The position numbers were made by a program, and so were the translations under genes. From Eledone cirrhosa (taxonomy: Eukaryota): a stretch of DNA of 64,000 nucleotides. Position 1 is the stretch's first letter. The number at the start of each line of letters is the position of its first letter. Positions 58,101 through 64,000 of this stretch are shown here, one piece after another. The DNA lies in the NCBI GenBank assembly GCA_964016885.1, contig OZ024742.1, positions 300,700,001 through 300,764,000 of the forward strand, given 5' to 3'. The notes beneath the pieces were generated by a model. The model saw nothing but the letters and a program-made list of their open reading frames with translations. It was not told the DNA's origin and made no database searches.

Positions 58101-61100
58101 CCATCTCACTCTACACAGAGGACTAGATACCAGCACACCTCATATATTCCATCTCACTCTACACAGAGGACTAGATACCAGCACAGCTCATATATTTCAT
58201 GTCACTCTACACAGAGGATTAGATACCAGCACACCTCATATATTCCATCTCACTCTACACAGAGGACTAGATACCAGTACACCTCATATATTTCATCTCA
58301 CTCTACACAGAGGACTAGATACCAGCACACCTCGTATATTCCATCACACTCTACACAGATGACTAGATACCAGCACACCTCATATATTCCATCTCCCTCT
58401 ACACAGATGACTAGATACCAGCACACCTCTTATATTCCATCTCACTCTACACAGAGGACTAGATACCAGCACAGCTCATATATTTCATGTCACTCTACAC
58501 AGAGGAGTAGATACCAGCACACCTCATATATTCCATCTCACTCTACACAGAGGACTAGATACCAGCACACCTCATATATGCCATCTCACTCTACACAGAT
58601 GACTGGATACCAGGACACCTCATATATTTCATCTCACTCTACACAGAGGACTAGATACCAGCTTACCTCATATATTCCATCTCACTCTACACAGATGACT
58701 AGATACCAGCGCACCTCATATATTCCATCTCACTCTACACAGAGGAGTAGATACCAGCACACCTCATATATTCCATCTCACTCTACACACAGGACTAGAT
58801 ACCAGCACACCTCATATATTCCATCTCACTCTACACAGATGAGTAGATACCAGCACACCTCATATATTCCATCTGACTCTACACAGAGGACTAGATACCA
58901 GCACATCTCATATATTCCATCTCACTCTACACAGAGGACTAGATACCAGCACACCTCATATATTCCATCTCACTCTACACAGAGGACTAGATACCAGCAC
59001 ACCTCATATATTCCATCTCACTTTACACAGAGGACTAGATACCAGCACACCTCATATATTCCATCTCACTCTACACAGAGGACTAGATACCAGCACACCT
59101 CATATATTCCATCTCACTCTATACAGAGGACTAGATACCAGCTTACATCATATATTCCATCTCACTCTACACAGAGGAGTAGATAACAGCACACCTCATA
59201 TATTCCATCTCACTCTACACAGAGGACTAGATACCAGCACACCTCATATATTCCATCTCACTCAACACAGAGGAGTAGATACCAGCAAACCTCATATATT
59301 CCATCTCATTCTACACAGAGGACTAGATACCAGCACACCTCGTATATTCCATCTCACTCTACACAGATGACTAGATACCAGCACACCTCATCTATTCCAT
59401 CTCACTCTACACAGAGGACTAGATACCAGCACACCTTATATATTCCATCTCACTCTACACAGATGACTAGATACCAGCACACCTCATATATTCCATCTCA
59501 CTCTACACAGATGACTAGATACCTGCACACCTCATATATTCCATATCACTCTACACAGAGGTCTAGATACCAGTACACCTCGTATATTCCATCTCACTCT
59601 ATACAGATGACTAGATAGCAGCACACCTCATATATTCCATCTCACTCTACACAGAGGACTAGATACCAGTACACCTCATATATTCCATCTCACTCTACAC
59701 AGAGGACTAGATACCAGCACACCTCGTATATTCCATCTGACTCTACACAAAGGACTAGATACCAGCACACCTCATATATTCCATCTCACTCTACACAGAG
59801 GACTAGATACCAGTACACCTCGTATATTCCATCTCACTCTACACAGATGACTAGATACCAGCACACCTCATATATTCCATCTCACTCTACACAGAGGAGT
59901 AGATACCAGCACACCTCATATATTCCATCTCACTCTACACAGAGGACTAGATACCAGCACACCTCGTATATTCCATCTCACTCTACACAGAGGACTAGAT
60001 ACCAGTACACCTCATATATTTCATCTCACTCTACACAGAGGACTAGATACCAGCACACCTCGTATATTCCATCACACTCTACACAGAGGACTAGATACCA
60101 GCACACCTCATATATTCCATCTCACTCTACACAGAGGACTAGATACCAGCACACCTCATATATTCCATCTCACTCTACACAGAGGACTAGATACCAGCAC
60201 AGCTCATATATTTCATGTCACTCTACACAGAGGAGTAGATACCAGCACACCTCATATATTCCATCTCACTCTACACAGAGGACTAGATACCAGTACACCT
60301 CATATATTTCATCTCACTCTACACAGAGGACTAGATACCAGCACACCTCGTATATTCCATCACACTCTACACAGATGACTAGATACCAGCACACCTCATA
60401 TATTCCATCTCCCTCTACACAGATGACTAGATACCAGCACACCTCTTATATTCCATCTCACTCTACACAGAGGACTAGATACCAGCACAGCTCATATATT
60501 TCATGTCACTCTACACAGAGGAGTAGATACCAGCACACCTCATATATTCCATCTCACTCTACACAGAGGACTAGATACCAGCACACCTCATATATGCCAT
60601 CTCACTCTACACAGATGACTGGATACCAGGACACCTCATATATTTCATCTCACTCTACACAGAGGACTAGATACCAGCTTACCTCATATATTTCATCTCA
60701 CTCTACACAGATGACTAGATACAAGTACATCTCATATATTCCATCTCACTCTACACAGAGGACTAGATACCAGCACACCTCATATATTCCATCTCACTCT
60801 ACATAGAGGACTAGATACCAGCACACCTCATATATTCCATCTCACTCTACACGGATGACTAGATACCAGCACACCTCGTATATTTCATCTCACTCTACAC
60901 AGTTGACTAGATACCAGTACAGCTCATATATTCCATCTCACTCTACAGAGAGGACTAGATACCAGCACACCTCATATATTCCAGCTCACTCTACACAGAT
61001 GACTAGATACCAGCACACCTCATATATTCCATCTCACTCTACACAGATGACTAGATACCAGCAGACCTCATATATTCCATCTCACTCTACACAGAGGAGT

Positions 61101-64000
61101 AGATACCAGCCCACCTCGTATATTCCATCTCACTCTACACAGAGGACTAGATACCAGCACACCTCATATATTCCATCTCACTCTACACAGAGGACTAGAT
61201 ACCAGCACACCTCATATATTCCATCTCACTCTACACAAAGGAGTAGATACCAGCACACCTCATATATTCCATCTCACTCTACACAGAGGACTAGATAACA
61301 GTACACCTCATATATTCCATCTCACTCTACACAGAGGAGTAGATACAAGCACACCTCATATATTCCATCTCACTCTACACAGAGGACTAGATACCAGCAC
61401 ACCTCGTATATTCCATCTCACTCTACACAGAGGACTAGATACCAGCACACCTCATATATTCCATCTCACTTTACGCAGAGGAGTAGATACCAGCACACCT
61501 CATATATTCCATCTCAATCTACACAGATGACTAGATACCAGCACACCTCATATATTCCATATCACTCTACACAGAGGACTAGATACCAGTACACCTCGTA
61601 TATTCCATCTCACTCTATACAGATGACTAGATACCAGCACACCTCATATATTCCATCTCACTCTACACAGAGGACTAGATACCAGCACACCTCATATATT
61701 CCATCTCACTCTACACAGAGGACTAGATACCAGCACACCTCATATATTCCATCTCACTCTACACAGAGGACTAGATACCAGCACACCTCATATATTCCAT
61801 CTCACTCTACACAGAGGACTAGATACCAGCACACCTCATATATTCCATCTCACTCTACACAGAGGACTAGATACCAGCACACCTCATATATTCCATCTCA
61901 CTCTACACAGAGGACTAGATACCAGCACAGCTCATATATTTCATGTCACTCTACACAGAGGAGTAGATACCAGCACACCTCATATATTCCATCTCACTCT
62001 ACACAGAGGACTAGATACCAGTACACCTCATATATTTCATCTCACTCTACACAGAGGACTAGATACCAGCACACCTCGTATATTCCATCACACTCTACAC
62101 AGATGACTAGATACCAGCACACCTCATATATTCCATCTCCCTCTACACAGATGACTAGATACCAGCACACCTCTTATATTCCATCTCACTCTACACAGAG
62201 GACTAGATACCAGCACAGCTCATATATTTCATGTCACTCTACACAGAGGAGTAGATACCAGCACACCTCATATATTCCATCTCACTCTACACAGAGGACT
62301 AGATACCAGCACACCTCATATATTCCATCTCACTCTACACAGATGACTGGTTACCAGGACACCTCATATATTTCATCTCACTCTACACAGAGGACTAGAT
62401 ACCAGCTTACCTCATATATTTCATCTCACTCTACACAGATGACTAGATACAAGTACATCTCATATATTCCATCTCACTCTACACAGAGGACTAGATACCA
62501 GCACACCTCATATATTCCATCTCACTCTACATAGAGGACTAGATACCAGCACACCTCATATATTCCATCTCACTCTACACGGATGACTAGATACCAGCAC
62601 ACCTCGTATATTTCATCTCACTCTACACAGATGACTAGATACCAGTACAGCTCATATATTCCATCTCACTCTACAGAGAGGACTAGATACCAGCACACCT
62701 CATATATCCAGCTCACTCTACACAGATGACTAGATACCAGCACGCCTCATATATTCCATCTCACTCTACACAGATGACTAGATACCAGCACACCTCATAT
62801 ATTCCATCTCACTCTACACAGAGGAGTAGATACCAGCACACCTCATATATTCCATCTCACTCTACACAGAGGACTAGATACCAGTACACCTCATATATTC
62901 CATCTCACTCTACACAGAGGACTAGATACCAGCACACCTCATATATTCCATATCACTCTACACAGAGGACTAGATACCAGTACACCTCGTATATTCCATC
63001 TCACTCTATACAGATGACTAGATACCAGCACACCTCATATATTCCATCTCACTCTACACAGAGGACTAGATACCAGTACACCTCATATATTCCATCTCAC
63101 TCTACACAGAGGACTAGATACCAGCACACCTCGTATATTCCATCTGACTCTACACAAAGGACTAGATACCAGCACACCTCATATATTCCATCTCACTCTA
63201 CACAGAGGACTAGATACCAGTACACCTCGTATATTCCATCTCACTCTACACAGATGACTAGATACCAGCACACCTCATATATTCCATCTCACTCTACACA
63301 GAGGAGTAGATACCAGCACACCTCATATATTCCATCTCACTCTACACAGAGGACTAGATACCAGCACACCTCGTATATTCCAGCTCACTCTACACAGATG
63401 ACTAGATACCAGCACACCTCATATATTCCATCTCACTCTACACAGATGACTAGATACCAGCACACCTCATATATTCCATCTCACTCTACACAGAGGAGTA
63501 GATACCAGCACACCTCATATATTCCATCTCACTCTACACAGAGGACTAGATACCAGTACACCTCATATATTCCATCTCACTCTACAGAGAGGACTAGATA
63601 CCAGCACACCTCATATATTCCATCTCACTCTACACAGAGGAGTAGATACCAGCCCACCTCGTATATTCCATCTCACTCTACACAGAGGACTAGATACCAG
63701 CACACCTCATATATTGCATCTCACTCTACACAGAGGACTAGATACCAGCACACCTCATATATTCCATCTCACTCTACACAGAGGAGTAGATACCAGCACA
63801 CCTCATATATTCCATCTCACTCTACACAGAGGACTAGATACCAGTACACCTCATATATTCCATCTCACTCTACACAGAGGAGTAGATACAAGCACACCTC
63901 ATATATTCCATCTCACTCTACACAGAGGACTAGATACCAGCACACCTCGTATATTCCATCTCACTCTACACAGAGGACTAGATACCAGCACACCTCATAT
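28134..64000. repeat. Satellite B: 48-bp tandem array (ACACCTCATATATTCCATCTCACTCTACACAGAGGACTAGATACCAGC), ~750 units
   Basis: Continuous 48-bp periodicity with an abrupt left edge at ~28134. Variation is mostly single substitutions with very few indels. The array continues beyond the right window edge. Confidence 0.99.

Larger units (their letters stand above)
26120..64000 (-). other. Inferred intron upstream of the mannosidase exon (>=37.9 kb, mostly satellite B)
   Basis: Ends at the acceptor at 26120. No other mannosidase-like exon was recognised in 26120-28133, and the remainder is the 48-bp satellite. Confidence 0.7.

Noticed and set aside
28262-62534. His/Ser/Thr/Tyr-rich 16-aa repeat ORFs (TRYQHTSYIPSHSTQR) as a His-rich protein gene
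   Set aside because: 48 bp equals 16 codons, so the open frame arises by chance. In-frame TAG/TAA variants recur every few hundred codons and are propagated by duplications, there are no non-repetitive termini, and the frame is antisense to the mannosidase exon.
26692-64000. CRISPR-like array (31-bp or 48-bp repeats)
   Set aside because: The units are head-to-tail with no unique spacers, there are no cas genes, and the context is eukaryotic with spliceosomal signals.

Overview
Eukaryotic (animal) genomic DNA, about 96% tandem repeat. A ~63-bp GGT-rich satellite (1-~25890) and a 48-bp satellite (28134-64000, running off the window) flank a ~2.2-kb island. The island holds the only credible coding sequence: one 204-bp, phase 0/0, minus-strand exon (25916-26119) of a GH38 lysosomal alpha-mannosidase (MAN2B1-like, SGAYIFRP motif) with canonical splice sites. 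Both satellites therefore appear to fill giant introns (>=25.9 kb and >=37.9 kb) of this gene. The island also contains a 31-bp AT-rich minisatellite interrupted by two insertions (a TTAA-flanked piggyBac-like MITE and a segment ending in a 112-bp palindrome), a degenerate (CAT)n tract and a tRNA-derived SINE. From memory the SINE resembles octopus SINEs, so the taxon is an inference. Both satellites show kb-scale higher-order duplications. The long repetitive ORFs are best explained by unit lengths that are multiples of 3. I found no support for a prokaryotic-type system (CRISPR etc.) or a demonstrably new biological system; the most interesting signals are the gene architecture and the repeat-evolution record.
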